Of a stretch of 64,000 nt of DNA, positions 47,837-57,673 are shown in pieces. The position numbers and the translations under genes are program-made. The notes below the pieces were generated by a model that did no database searches, had not been told where the DNA came from, and was given only the letters and a program-made list of their open reading frames with translations. The stretch covers positions 1,672,884 to 1,736,883 of the forward strand of contig CBDBKU010000003.1 in NCBI GenBank assembly GCA_965206775.1, read 5' to 3'. The stretch comes from Bryobacterales bacterium. Lineage in GTDB: Bacteria > Acidobacteriota > Terriglobia > Bryobacterales > UBA6623. Position 1 is the stretch's first letter. Each line of letters opens with the position of its first letter.

Positions 47837-49303
47837 ATGAAGAAACAAGTACCTAGCAGCCAGCCGATGATTTCGCGCCGCTCGTTGCTCGGCAGTTGCG
47901 GAATGGGCTTTGGAATGCTCGGCCTTGCGGGCATCCTCGCTGACGAGGGGCTGCTTGGAGCTTCTCCCGTCGGGGACCGCGCGCTCAATCCGATGGCGCC
48001 CCGCCTGCCGCACTTCGCTCCCAAAGCGAAGCGCGTGATTTGGCTCTTCATCAATGGCGGTCCCAGCCATGTGGACACCTGGGACTACAAGCCAGAACTC
48101 GCCAAGCGTCATGGGCAGGAGCTCGCGGGCTTTGACAAGTTCACCGGATTCTTCTCGCAAGAGGTCGGCGCTCTGCTGAAGTCGCCTTTCGAGTTCACGC
48201 GTCGAGGTCAGAGCGGCAAGCTCGTGTCCGAGATCTTCCCGCACTTGGGAGAGCATGTTGACCGGATGGCATTTATCCATTCCGGAATGCCGGGCTCGAA
48301 CAATCACTCTCCGGCTCTGTTCATGATGAACAGCGGGCAGACTCGAATGGGCTTTCCGAGCCTGGGATCGTGGGTGACCTACGGACTGGGGAGCGAAAGC
48401 AACGACCTACCGGGCTTCTTGGTGATGTCGGATCCCAAGGATCGCGGCTTGCCGAAGGGAAGCGCTTCCAACTGGAGCGCTGGCTTCCTCCCCGGGGCCT
48501 ACCAGGGGACGTGGCTGCGCCCGAAGGGCGTCCCAATTCACAACCTGTCTCCTCCACCCGAAATGTCGGGATCTCATCAGCGATCGCAGCTTGATCTGAT
48601 CGCACGGTTGAATGAGCACGACCTGGAACGCAATTCGCACGAACAGGAACTCGCAGCGCGCATCGAGAGCTTCGAGCTTGCCTATCGAATGCAGTCGGCA
48701 GCGCCTGAGGCCTTGGATGTGGACAGCGAGCCTGCGCACATCCAGGAACTCTATGGCCTGCACAGCGAGCGGTGCGGGCATATGGCCCGCCAGTGCATCA
48801 TGGCGCGGAGACTTCTGGAGCGCGGGGTGCGGTTTGTCCAGATCTACTCGGGTGGGATGGAGAACCAACGAGCCTGGGACGGCCACATCGACATTTTCGG
48901 CAACCATTCGCAATTTGCCGGAGAAACCGACCAGCCCTTCGCTGCGCTGCTTACCGACTTGGAGCAACGCGGATTGCTGGACGACACGCTAGTGATATGG
49001 GGTGGCGAGTTCGGCCGTCTTCCGGTCGCGCAGATCGGCACGTCGAAGCCTGGACGCGACCACAATCCGCACTGCTTCACCGCCTGGATGGCCGGCGGCG
49101 GCATCAAGGGCGGGGTCTCCTATGGGGAATCCGATGAACTCGGATTCAAGGCAGCGGTTGACAAGGTTTCTGTGCATGACTTCCATGCGACGATCCTCCA
49201 CCTGCTCGGGATGGATCATGAGCGCCTGACCTACACCTACAATGGCCGACGCTACCGGCTCACTGACGTAGAGGGCGAAGTCATCCAGAAGATCCTCGCT
49301 TGA
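47837..49303 (+). CDS. DUF1501 protein (sulfatase/alkaline-phosphatase superfamily-like), Tat signal
   Basis: The ATG at 47837 lies 6 nt after the upstream stop codon. The Tat-type signal is SRRSLLGSCGMGFG, and the motif GRDHNPHCFTAWMAGGGIKGG is present. The ORF-track start at 47318 overlaps the upstream gene out of frame. Confidence 0.9.
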   Translation: MKKQVPSSQPMISRRSLLGSCGMGFGMLGLAGILADEGLLGASPVGDRALNPMAPRLPHFAPKAKRVIWLFINGGPSHVDTWDYKPELAKRHGQELAGFDKFTGFFSQEVGALLKSPFEFTRRGQSGKLVSEIFPHLGEHVDRMAFIHSGMPGSNNHSPALFMMNSGQTRMGFPSLGSWVTYGLGSESNDLPGFLVMSDPKDRGLPKGSASNWSAGFLPGAYQGTWLRPKGVPIHNLSPPPEMSGSHQRSQLDLIARLNEHDLERNSHEQELAARIESFELAYRMQSAAPEALDVDSEPAHIQELYGLHSERCGHMARQCIMARRLLERGVRFVQIYSGGMENQRAWDGHIDIFGNHSQFAGETDQPFAALLTDLEQRGLLDDTLVIWGGEFGRLPVAQIGTSKPGRDHNPHCFTAWMAGGGIKGGVSYGESDELGFKAAVDKVSVHDFHATILHLLGMDHERLTYTYNGRRYRLTDVEGEVIQKILA

Positions 49304-49607
49304 ATAGGCGCGAAGCCAGCGTAGCCTTGAAGGTGTTTCCCCACGATGCGGGTCAGCACTCAGTCGCGCTGCCTTGCCGTCCGACCCTGCGAATTCCTGG
49401 CGTTGCGCTCGGCCTTGGAGCGTGGCGAAGAGCGGGCGCCCTGATGCCCCCGTGAACGGTGGTGCCAGTCCATGAGCCGTGAGAATGCGAAACCGTCCGG
49501 AGAGCACATTCGTGTCGCAATCGAGCCGCAAACGATCCGATCATCTGAGATCCGAGGTAGGGGCAACACCGATGTGTTAGGCTAGGGCCGATTCCGAGAT
49601 AGGTTCG

Positions 49608-50963
49608 ATGCGACAGCCAGTGTCTCGAAGGACTGTTCTCCGCGGGGCCGGCGTAAGTTTGGCTCTTCCGTGGCTGGAATCTTTCTCGCCTGCCGCAACA
49701 AGCGGTTCGCGAAAGCTCGCCGAGCCGCCGCTACGCCTAGCCTTCCTGTTCATGCCGTGCGGGGTGCGGCCGGACCACTGGTTCCCGCCCGGGGACGGTG
49801 AGGATTACCAAATCACTCCTCATCTCAAGGCGTTCGAATCGCTCAAGAGCGAGTACCTGCTTCTCGAAAACCTTTGGAACAAGAACGCGGTCGGACGCAA
49901 CGGTCACTGGGCTAAGGTGCCTGCATGGCTGTCGGGAGGCTATGTCGAGCGCTCGACCGGCAGAGACATCGATACCGGCGGTACGTCGGTCGACCAAGCG
50001 ATCGCCGCCAAAATCGGGTATCGCACGCCCCTGCCGGCGATTCACTTCGGTGTGGACGCGCCGAGAACCGGCGTCGACAACATCGGAGGTGGCTTCGCCC
50101 GAATCGTTGGATCGTACGTTTCATGGCGAGACCCTCACACTCCGGCGGCGAAGGAGATCGTGCCCCGGCTGGCTTTCGATCGTCTCTTCCGCATGGGAGC
50201 TCCCGGCTCGGTGCCCTCGGCGGTCTCGTCAAGCCATCAGGACGAGGCCAGCATCCTGGACGCAGTGCTTGAGAAGGTCACCTCGGTCCGCAGCCGCGGG
50301 AGCCGAAGGGATCAGGCGAAACTGGACGAGTACTTCGAGTCGGTACGGTCGGTCGAATTGCGCATTCAGGCTGCGATGTCTCCGCAGCCACGGTGGATCA
50401 ATGAGGGCGATCTAGGCGTGTCCCGGCCTGCGCCGGGAATTCCGGACAGTCACGAGGAGCACGTGCGGCTGATGCTCGATATCCTGCTTCTCGCATTCTG
50501 GACCGACACGACTCGGGTGGCGACCTTCATGTACGGGGACGCTCAGACCGGTCGCGACTTTTCCTTCCTGGACGGAGTGAACGGCAGCTTCCACGGGATA
50601 TCGCACCATCGCAACGAGCCGGAACGCCGTGCGATGTACGAGACGATCATCAACTGGCATACCAGTCAAACCGCGTATTTCCTGGAACGGATGCGACGGC
50701 TTGACGAAGGCGGCTCTTCCCTCCTTGACAATTCCATGATCCTGTTCGGCTCCTCGCTGAGGGACGGGAACATTCACGATCCATCAAACCTACCGTTGAT
50801 TCTCGCGGGGCGGGCCAAAGGGGCCCTGCGGCCAGGACGCAGGGTACGGACCCCGCCCGATACCCCTCTCTGCAACTTGTATCTGGCGATGATGCATCAC
50901 ATGGGGGTGCCGGATCCCGTGTCTTTCGGAGACAGCACCGGGCCGTTAGAGGGCTTGGCGTAA
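49608..50963 (+). CDS. DUF1552 protein
   Basis: The N-terminus SRRTVLRGAGVSLALPWLES and the family-length 451 aa fit DUF1552, as does HHRNEPE in FHGISHHRNEPERR. Confidence 0.9.
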   Translation: MRQPVSRRTVLRGAGVSLALPWLESFSPAATSGSRKLAEPPLRLAFLFMPCGVRPDHWFPPGDGEDYQITPHLKAFESLKSEYLLLENLWNKNAVGRNGHWAKVPAWLSGGYVERSTGRDIDTGGTSVDQAIAAKIGYRTPLPAIHFGVDAPRTGVDNIGGGFARIVGSYVSWRDPHTPAAKEIVPRLAFDRLFRMGAPGSVPSAVSSSHQDEASILDAVLEKVTSVRSRGSRRDQAKLDEYFESVRSVELRIQAAMSPQPRWINEGDLGVSRPAPGIPDSHEEHVRLMLDILLLAFWTDTTRVATFMYGDAQTGRDFSFLDGVNGSFHGISHHRNEPERRAMYETIINWHTSQTAYFLERMRRLDEGGSSLLDNSMILFGSSLRDGNIHDPSNLPLILAGRAKGALRPGRRVRTPPDTPLCNLYLAMMHHMGVPDPVSFGDSTGPLEGLA

Positions 50964-51077
50964 TCCGGAATCGACGAACCGGCTCCCACCCTGCGGCGAC
51001 TCGCCTTGGCGCTGAATCTGGATGTTCTGATCGCGTCCCAGCGCTCGCAGATGCTGTCGCTGGAGGAAGCCCGGTGA
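50964..51077 (+). pseudogene. Possible remnant of an XRE-type HTH protein (C-terminal 37 codons, no start)
   Basis: An open frame directly after the DUF1552 stop codon encodes ...EPAPTLRRLALALNLDVLIASQRSQMLSLEEAR. This resembles the recognition-helix and tail segment of HTH_3 antitoxins. It has no start codon. Confidence 0.3.
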
Positions 51078-51215
51078 GCGGCCCCCTTTGGATGGAGCGC
51101 CGCTTCAGCCCGTATGCGACAGGCGCAGCCTCTTCTCCGAGGCTTGCGCCATTCTCGGTTGCAACGGTTTGCTGGAAGGCTGGCTTGGGTTTCCTGACGT
51201 TGCGTTGGGGCGGAC

Positions 51216-51509
51216 TTACGGTTGAGCGGGTTCGCTCCCAAGCGTCGGTAGGATCTTGATCTTCTCGCTCGCGTCCTGCTCGGCGATGCGCAGATCGTAG
51301 CGCATTTGGAGGGTGAGCCAGAATTCCGCGCTGGTGCCGTAGAAGTGAGCTAGGCGTAGGGCCGAATCCGCGGTAATCGCCTCCTGGCCGTTCAGAATCC
51401 CAGCAATGCGTTTCGCGGGCACTTGGAGTTTGAGCGCGAGCGCGGCCGCGCTCATGTTGAGCTCTTTCAGTTCTTCCGCGAGATGTTCGCCAGGATGTAT
51501 TGGAGGCAC
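51216..51509 (-). CDS. higA: HigA-family antitoxin (XRE HTH)
   Basis: 97 aa. The sequence PIHPGEHLAEELKELNMSAAALALKLQVPAKRIAGILNGQEAITADSALRLAHFYGTSAEFWLTLQ is canonical HigA. Confidence 0.85.
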   Translation of the reverse strand: MPPIHPGEHLAEELKELNMSAAALALKLQVPAKRIAGILNGQEAITADSALRLAHFYGTSAEFWLTLQMRYDLRIAEQDASEKIKILPTLGSEPAQP

Positions 51510-51519
51510 GGCAGGTCCC

Positions 51520-51777
51520 CTATTCTTGATCGACGATCTCTACACTCCCGGGTCCCCGGGATCCCGCCGGCCAGTCGAAGCAGATCCGCCATTGGTCGTT
51601 GATGCGGATACTGTACTGGCCTTTCCGGTCACCCTCGAGTTCCTCGAGCCGGTTACCCGGCAAAGCGGCGAGGTCCTGCAAAGCGACGGCCGCTTGGAGT
51701 CGGTCTAGTTTCAACTGGGCGGCCTGTACGATGGCGGAAAATGCCTTGATGCTCTTTCCGCGGTAGCTTACGACCAT
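51520..51777 (-). CDS. higB: HigB-type toxin (RelE/ParE superfamily)
   Basis: 85 aa with LPGNRLEELEGDRKGQYSIRINDQWRICFDW, matching the HigB killer-protein motif. It lies upstream of higA with a 10-nt gap, the toxin-first order typical of higBA. Confidence 0.8.
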   Translation of the reverse strand: MVVSYRGKSIKAFSAIVQAAQLKLDRLQAAVALQDLAALPGNRLEELEGDRKGQYSIRINDQWRICFDWPAGSRGPGSVEIVDQE

Positions 51778-52073
51778 CCCCTAAGTACCCGATATATGCG
51801 TCTCGTAAAGGATACCGCCTGTCGCAAAGACCGTCAAGGCTAGTTCCAATGCCCCGTGGCCCTAGGATTCGTGCTGCATTTGTCCGGCCACTATTCCTGT
51901 ACTACCCACTTGAGGGCGATTGCCTCGGTTGGCTTCAGTTCTATTCGGCCCTTGGGCGGATGCTGCTAGCCCTCGGATCCGCGGAACGTTGGAGCCGGGC
52001 CTGGTCTTCGCGAGCCTGCGGCCACCAAGTCGACGTCTGCCTGTGGCGCGCTGGTGCGCGCCCGTCGTGTCCG

Positions 52074-53204
52074 CTACACCCGCTGCTGCCCGCCGAGAAT
52101 CGTTTCGTACAACGAGATGTACATTTGGATCACGGACTCGCTGCCGAACCGCGAGAGTGAGGTGTTGCGGGCGGCCGCGCTCATGCGCCGCGTTCTGTCC
52201 GGCGAGCGGAGAACTGATTCAGCGGCTTCAGCCATAGCCTCGGTATCCCCGACCGGTACCAGGAAGCCGTCGTGTCCGTCCGTGACGACTTCGGGCACGC
52301 CACCGACGCGTGTCGCAACCGGGACAGCTCCGCACGCCATGGCCTCCAGTGCGGCGAGGCCGAACGATTCCATCTCGCTTGGAAGCAGGAGCAGGTCGGT
52401 GATTCCCAGGAGAGGCGCCACGCCTTTCCACTTGCCTAGAAACTGCACGCGATTGCGAACTCCTAGTTCCGTTGCGAGTCTCTCCGCTGGCTGCCGGTCG
52501 GGCCCGTCCCCGATCATCAGCAGTCTGGACGGCACCTTCGGGACAAGTCGCGCGAACGCTTCGATGCAGTCGAGCACCCGCTTGACCGGCCGGAAGTTTG
52601 ACAGGTGCGCTATCAGTTTCTCTTCCGGGTCCGCGTAGCGGGCACGCATTGCCGGGTCGGCGAGCGGTCGGTAGATCGCGCCGTTCACGAAATTCGGAAT
52701 GACTTCGATTTCCCGGTCTGTCCCGAACACACGGAACACCTCGTCGCGCAAATGGTTGCTGATGCAGGTGACTGCCGGGCTGCTGTCGATCGCGAATCGG
52801 GTGATCGGCAGGTAGGACGGGTCAGCGCCGACGAGGGTCACGTCAGTGCCATGCAGCGTGGTGATGAAGGGCAGACGACCACCCAGCATCTGGGAGGCCA
52901 GCATGGCGCTCACAGAGTGCGGAATGGCGTAATGCACATGCAGCAAGTCGAGCTTGGCGTGCTGCGCGACACCTGCCATGCGCGACGCTAGCGCAAGGCT
53001 GTATGGAGGGTACTGGAATAGCGGGTAGCTGCTCACCTCGACCTCGTGATAGACGATGCCCGGTGTTTCGTCCGCGAGACGGATCGGATTCGCGTAGGTG
53101 ATGAAATGAACCTCGTGGCCTCGCTGGGCCAGTTCCATTCCGATTTCGGTGGCTACGACGCCGCTGCCGCCGTAGGTCGGGTAACAGGTGATGCCGACTC
53201 TCAT
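52074..53204 (-). CDS. bshA: GT4 glycosyltransferase, BshA-like (N-acetyl-alpha-D-glucosaminyl L-malate synthase)
   Basis: Similarity to Bacillus BshA runs end to end as I recall that sequence. Shared segments include GITCYPTYGGSGVVATE, TTLHGTDVTLVG, SNFRPVKRV and ESFGLAALEAMACG. Confidence 0.75.
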   Translation of the reverse strand: MRVGITCYPTYGGSGVVATEIGMELAQRGHEVHFITYANPIRLADETPGIVYHEVEVSSYPLFQYPPYSLALASRMAGVAQHAKLDLLHVHYAIPHSVSAMLASQMLGGRLPFITTLHGTDVTLVGADPSYLPITRFAIDSSPAVTCISNHLRDEVFRVFGTDREIEVIPNFVNGAIYRPLADPAMRARYADPEEKLIAHLSNFRPVKRVLDCIEAFARLVPKVPSRLLMIGDGPDRQPAERLATELGVRNRVQFLGKWKGVAPLLGITDLLLLPSEMESFGLAALEAMACGAVPVATRVGGVPEVVTDGHDGFLVPVGDTEAMAEAAESVLRSPDRTRRMSAAARNTSLSRFGSESVIQMYISLYETILGGQQRV

Positions 53205-53253
53205 TCGTCTCCGCTCTTGCCGGAACCCGCCCGGCGGCTAGAATACTGGGCTA

Positions 53254-54696
53254 ATGTCCGAAACCCGACCCAATATTATCTTCATCATCACCGACCAGCA
53301 GCGCTTCGACACGATCCAAGCACTTGGCTACCCGCACATGGATACGCCGAACCTCGATCGCCTCGTGCACGAGGGCGTCACTTTCACAAACTGCCACGTC
53401 CCCGCGGCGTCCTGCGCTCCTTGTCGCGCCAGCCTGTTCACCGGGCAGTATCCACACTCGCATGGAGTGCTGCGGAACGGCGACCGGTGGCGGCACAGCT
53501 GGGTCGAGAATCTCAAGCGATCGGGCTACAACACGATCAACATCGGCAAGATGCACACGTTCCCGTACAACGAACTGTTCGGGTTCCGGCAGCGCTACAC
53601 CGTCGAGAACAAGGATCGCCACTTGGAGGGTCGCTATTACTTCGACGAGTGGGACAAGGCCTTACGTGCCCGGGGATTGAAGAAACCTGGCCGGCTCTCG
53701 TATCGCAGCATGCCCGACTACCGCGAGCGGCTCGGAGCTTTCGAGTGGCCGATCGACGAAGACATGCATCCCGACACGTTCGTTGGAGGTCTCGCGACTT
53801 GGTGGCTGGAGACCTATCCGAAAACCGAGCCCTTGTTCTTGGAAATTGGGTTTCCCGGGCCACACCCGCCATACGACCCGCCGACGAGGTACTCCGATCC
53901 CTACATGCAGAAAGATTTGCCGTTGCTTGAAGTCACGCAGAAAGAACTCGACGGCCAGCCCGCTGCGTATCGCGGAATGATCCAGCACAACTGCGAAGTC
54001 GACCACGACTCGGTAGTCCATCAGTGGCGACCGACCAGCGAGGCGCGGCATCGACAGCGCGCGCACTATCACGGCAACGTGACTCTGATTGACGAGCAGA
54101 TCGGCAACATCATGTCGACGCTCGAATCGTCGGGCTATCTCGAGAATTCGATCGTGATCTTCACGTCTGACCATGGCGACTGCCTGACGGATCACGGCCA
54201 CAGCCAGAAGTGGACCATGTACGACACAGTCACCCGCATGCCGTTGATCGTGTGGGCTCCGAAGCGGTTTCCCGGAGGCAGGCAACTCGACGGGCTGTGC
54301 TCGCTATTGGATATCGGGCCCACCATTCTAGAGATGGCCGGCCTAGAGCCGCCGAAGAAGATGGAAGCGGAATCCTTGCTGGGATCTCTCCAGGGCGAGC
54401 CATGGAACGGACGGCAGCACGTCTTTTGCGAATCGGCCCGCGACGTCAACTTCACCACAAATGACTTCCAGACTATGATCCGCAGCCGCGACTGGAAGCT
54501 CGTGCATTTCCTTGACGCCGAGGACGGCCAGCTTTTCGACTTGGCCCGCGACCCGGACGAGGTCTGCAACTTGTGGAACGACCCTGGGAGCCAGGACAGG
54601 AAGAGGGAGCTGCTGGACGCGCTGCTAGCGTGGCGGATTCGCAGTCAGTACGACCATGCCGGCTGGGAATTCGACTACCTGGACCCGGCGACTTGA
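53254..54696 (+). CDS. Formylglycine-dependent sulfatase
   Basis: 480 aa with NIIFIITDQQRFD and the signature SCAPCRASLFTGQYP (C-x-P-x-R), plus the downstream motif FTSDHGD. Confidence 0.9.
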   Translation: MSETRPNIIFIITDQQRFDTIQALGYPHMDTPNLDRLVHEGVTFTNCHVPAASCAPCRASLFTGQYPHSHGVLRNGDRWRHSWVENLKRSGYNTINIGKMHTFPYNELFGFRQRYTVENKDRHLEGRYYFDEWDKALRARGLKKPGRLSYRSMPDYRERLGAFEWPIDEDMHPDTFVGGLATWWLETYPKTEPLFLEIGFPGPHPPYDPPTRYSDPYMQKDLPLLEVTQKELDGQPAAYRGMIQHNCEVDHDSVVHQWRPTSEARHRQRAHYHGNVTLIDEQIGNIMSTLESSGYLENSIVIFTSDHGDCLTDHGHSQKWTMYDTVTRMPLIVWAPKRFPGGRQLDGLCSLLDIGPTILEMAGLEPPKKMEAESLLGSLQGEPWNGRQHVFCESARDVNFTTNDFQTMIRSRDWKLVHFLDAEDGQLFDLARDPDEVCNLWNDPGSQDRKRELLDALLAWRIRSQYDHAGWEFDYLDPAT

Positions 54697-54816
54697 CATT
54701 CCTTGTGCTGCAGCGGACCTCACTTCCAGGTGACCGCCGAAGTTGTCGACGCTCCCTCGGACTGGCTCTCGTTCATCCCGGCCCCGGGATCGGCAAGGCG
54801 TCGTACACTTGTTCCA

Positions 54817-55629
54817 ATGGCGGACGGACTGACTCTCGGCATCATTGGTGTCGGCAATCTCGGCGGGGCACTGGCCGAAGGGGCGCTAGCTGCGGGCTCT
54901 GTTTCGCAGGTCGTCGCGGCCGACATCTCGCGCCAGCGACTCGCCGAGCTTTCGGATAGCATCGGGGACGCGTTCTCCATTGCCGGCGCGTCAGCGACGG
55001 CCTCCATGTCCGACATCGTTGTCGCGGCTGTAAAGCCGCATGTGCTTCCTGCGGTGCTAGAGGACGTGAATGACGCCATCCGCCCGGATTGCGTCTTTGT
55101 TTCCGTGGCGGCTGGCGTGCCGATCGCTCGGATCGAGCGCGGCCTTCCGGCCGAGCGGCCTGTCGTGCGAGCCATGCCGAACCTGGCACTGCTTGTGCGG
55201 GAAAGCGCGACAGCATTCTGCGCGAATCGATATGTCTCGCAGGAGCAGATGCGAACCGTAGAATCTGTCTTTCAATCTGTTGGCACCATCGTTCGGGTCG
55301 AGGAGTCGCAGATGCACGCGGTGACCGGCCTTACGGGTAGCGGACCCGCCTACGTCAGCTTGCTGGTCGAGGGCCTGGCGGCCGGCGCGGTGAGCAAGGG
55401 CCTGCAGCCAGCCCTGGCCCGGACACTGGCCTGCCAGCTGCTGTTCGGAACGGCCAAGCTCTTGCAAGAGAAGGGCTGGCATCCGGCCGAACTCAAGGAT
55501 CAGGTCACGACGCCGGCGGGCACGACGATTGCGGGCTTAAAGGAATTGGAACTGCACGCGGTGCGAGGTGCCTTGCTCGCCGCAGTCGAGGCCGCCAGCG
55601 AACGGTCCGAGGAACTGGCCGAAGGTTGA
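54817..55629 (+). CDS. proC: Pyrroline-5-carboxylate reductase
   Basis: The ATG at 54817 gives MADGLTLGIIGVGNLGGALAEG. It also has LTGSGPAYVSLLVE and the TTPAGTTIAG motif. Confidence 0.9.
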   Translation: MADGLTLGIIGVGNLGGALAEGALAAGSVSQVVAADISRQRLAELSDSIGDAFSIAGASATASMSDIVVAAVKPHVLPAVLEDVNDAIRPDCVFVSVAAGVPIARIERGLPAERPVVRAMPNLALLVRESATAFCANRYVSQEQMRTVESVFQSVGTIVRVEESQMHAVTGLTGSGPAYVSLLVEGLAAGAVSKGLQPALARTLACQLLFGTAKLLQEKGWHPAELKDQVTTPAGTTIAGLKELELHAVRGALLAAVEAASERSEELAEG

Positions 55630-55662
55630 CGCTCTCGCGTAGCGAACCCGAGGCCCGCCTGT

Positions 55663-57624
55663 CTACAACAGGACCTTCCCCTTCATGTCGAAGGGCCTCG
55701 GAATTCCGAAGAACTCCAGGATGGTGGCCGGCAAGTCCTTGATATTTGGATTCTTGTCGCTCACCGGCCGGCTGCTGAACAGGCACCCTGGCACGAGGTC
55801 GCGCGCCATCGAATGATCGCCCGCCCAGGCCCACGGATTGATGTTGAGAATCTCCTCGCCACTCTCGCCCATCACGGATTCGGAAGACGTTCTGTAGCCG
55901 GGCGTGTAACCGACAAGGAGTTCCGGCATATCGGGCGTGAACTCTCCTGAATACACCTCGTCTCGTCGGTAGACGCGGTGCACGGGTCTCTTGCCGGTCT
56001 CGGAATCGTGGATCGCTTCCAATTCCCCCGCGATTCTCTCCGAAACCCGATTCGCTTCGTCATCGCTCAGGATTCCTTGGCCCTCGCGACCGACGCGGTT
56101 CATGTACAGGCCGTTGAATCCGATCCCGTAGGCGGCCGTCTTCGACCAGTCAATGTCCTCCACGCCTGCCCTTTGCTTGCTGGCTGCTTCGTCCTTCACG
56201 ACAAGGTAGCCCTCCCGGCGCAGCCACGAATTGAGATGGAACTGCCTGCCGAACTGGGCGAATCCATGATCCGAGCAGACTAGCAGGAGGGTTTGATCGT
56301 CTGCCGCGGGCAGTATGCGGCCGATCAGCTTGTCCATCTCTTCGTACAGATGGTGGATATAGCCCGAGAACCGCACGTCGCTAGCCTTGTGCATGGGATG
56401 CGTCTCGTCCATGTTCCGCCAGAGCATGTGCGTGTCCTGGTCGGTGCTCGAGACATAGAAGAAGAACAGGCCCTCGCTGAACCGGTCCCATTCGTGCTCG
56501 AACAAGCGGAGTCGATCCGCGAGGATCAGTTCCGCCTGCTTGACGTAGCCTTCATCGTCGAGGATGCGGTAGTCGAGCGCCCTCGTGTCGGACGGCAGTC
56601 CTTTCGTCCAGAACGGGCCGATGTGACTCGCGATCTCGCCACCGACTTCCTCTGGATAAGACACCGGCATCGCCTGTGCCGACGGATCGATGTTGATCGG
56701 TGTCACGTACAGCTTCAGGTGCGGATGAGCCTGGCTCAGGTAGAAGCGGCAGATGCCGGACACTCCGACAAGCCACGACGCGAGGTCGAATCGCACCGTG
56801 ACCCACTCGCTGAATTCTCCTTGCTCGAGGAGCATTCGCTGGCCTTGGACTTCGAGCAGAACCGCGTCGTTGCTGTTGTCTATGTCGACGGTGAACGGTA
56901 CGCGGGTCTCCGCGCCATCCTTGCGAAGAGAGTTCCCGGGCCCGGAGAGCTCGGCCTCGACACGGCCGCCTTGCACCTCGATACGATGCACGACCCCGCC
57001 CGTTAGGCCCGGATAGTCCTCGTCTGGGTCCGAAGTGTAGTAGTTGAAACGGCCGAGCGAGTCCGTCAGGTCGGGTGTTCCCATGCCGCTGAGCGCTCGC
57101 GTCGCAGTGTCGTCGACCGGGAAGTTCGTCGGGATCTTGATGACCGTGGACGGAATGCCCTCGTCCGCCAGGTATGTCCAGAATGGAACTCCGACCCGCT
57201 TGTTGACGACTCCCGGTCCGCCGATTGCGATCTGGTAATCGCCCAGGCTGAAGGTGCGAGCGGGCGGCTGTGTCTCCCAAATCGAAAAGTACGGTTGATA
57301 GCTCAGAGGATCGCGCATGACGAAGTCAGCGATCGTGTGACTGCCCGGATCAGTGCCCGTAATGAACGTGCTCCATGCGACGGGGCTCAATGCGGGCATT
57401 GTCGTGCCGAGTGCGCGGAACGATCCCATCTCGGCGAGCTTGCGGAAATTCGGTGCCCGTCCCTGGTCCATCAGAGCCTTGACGATCTTGGGGTCAAGCC
57501 CGTCCAAGCCGAGCACGACAACCCGCTTGCCGGTTCCCGTCACCTGGGGACCGCCTCCGCAGGCTATCGGCATGCCGCAAGCGCCTGCCGCCAGGGAGCC
57601 TGCGAACCTGCGACGCGTGATCAT
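55663..57624 (-). CDS. Alkaline phosphatase-superfamily phosphodiesterase/nucleotide pyrophosphatase-like protein
   Basis: 653 aa with an N-terminal RRRF signal. The metal-site motifs LGLDGLDP and VCSDHGF are typical of type I phosphodiesterase (PF01663-like) proteins. Confidence 0.8.
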   Translation of the reverse strand: MITRRRFAGSLAAGACGMPIACGGGPQVTGTGKRVVVLGLDGLDPKIVKALMDQGRAPNFRKLAEMGSFRALGTTMPALSPVAWSTFITGTDPGSHTIADFVMRDPLSYQPYFSIWETQPPARTFSLGDYQIAIGGPGVVNKRVGVPFWTYLADEGIPSTVIKIPTNFPVDDTATRALSGMGTPDLTDSLGRFNYYTSDPDEDYPGLTGGVVHRIEVQGGRVEAELSGPGNSLRKDGAETRVPFTVDIDNSNDAVLLEVQGQRMLLEQGEFSEWVTVRFDLASWLVGVSGICRFYLSQAHPHLKLYVTPINIDPSAQAMPVSYPEEVGGEIASHIGPFWTKGLPSDTRALDYRILDDEGYVKQAELILADRLRLFEHEWDRFSEGLFFFYVSSTDQDTHMLWRNMDETHPMHKASDVRFSGYIHHLYEEMDKLIGRILPAADDQTLLLVCSDHGFAQFGRQFHLNSWLRREGYLVVKDEAASKQRAGVEDIDWSKTAAYGIGFNGLYMNRVGREGQGILSDDEANRVSERIAGELEAIHDSETGKRPVHRVYRRDEVYSGEFTPDMPELLVGYTPGYRTSSESVMGESGEEILNINPWAWAGDHSMARDLVPGCLFSSRPVSDKNPNIKDLPATILEFFGIPRPFDMKGKVLL

Positions 57625-57673
57625 TGTCCGCAGGCTTCCAACTCAGGGGCGTGGGGCTGCCGCACGATCGCGC

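Noticed and set aside
51074-51259. A 61-aa plus-strand ORF between the HTH remnant and higA
   Set aside because: It has no motifs or ribosome-binding site and partly overlaps the higA 3' end in antisense.
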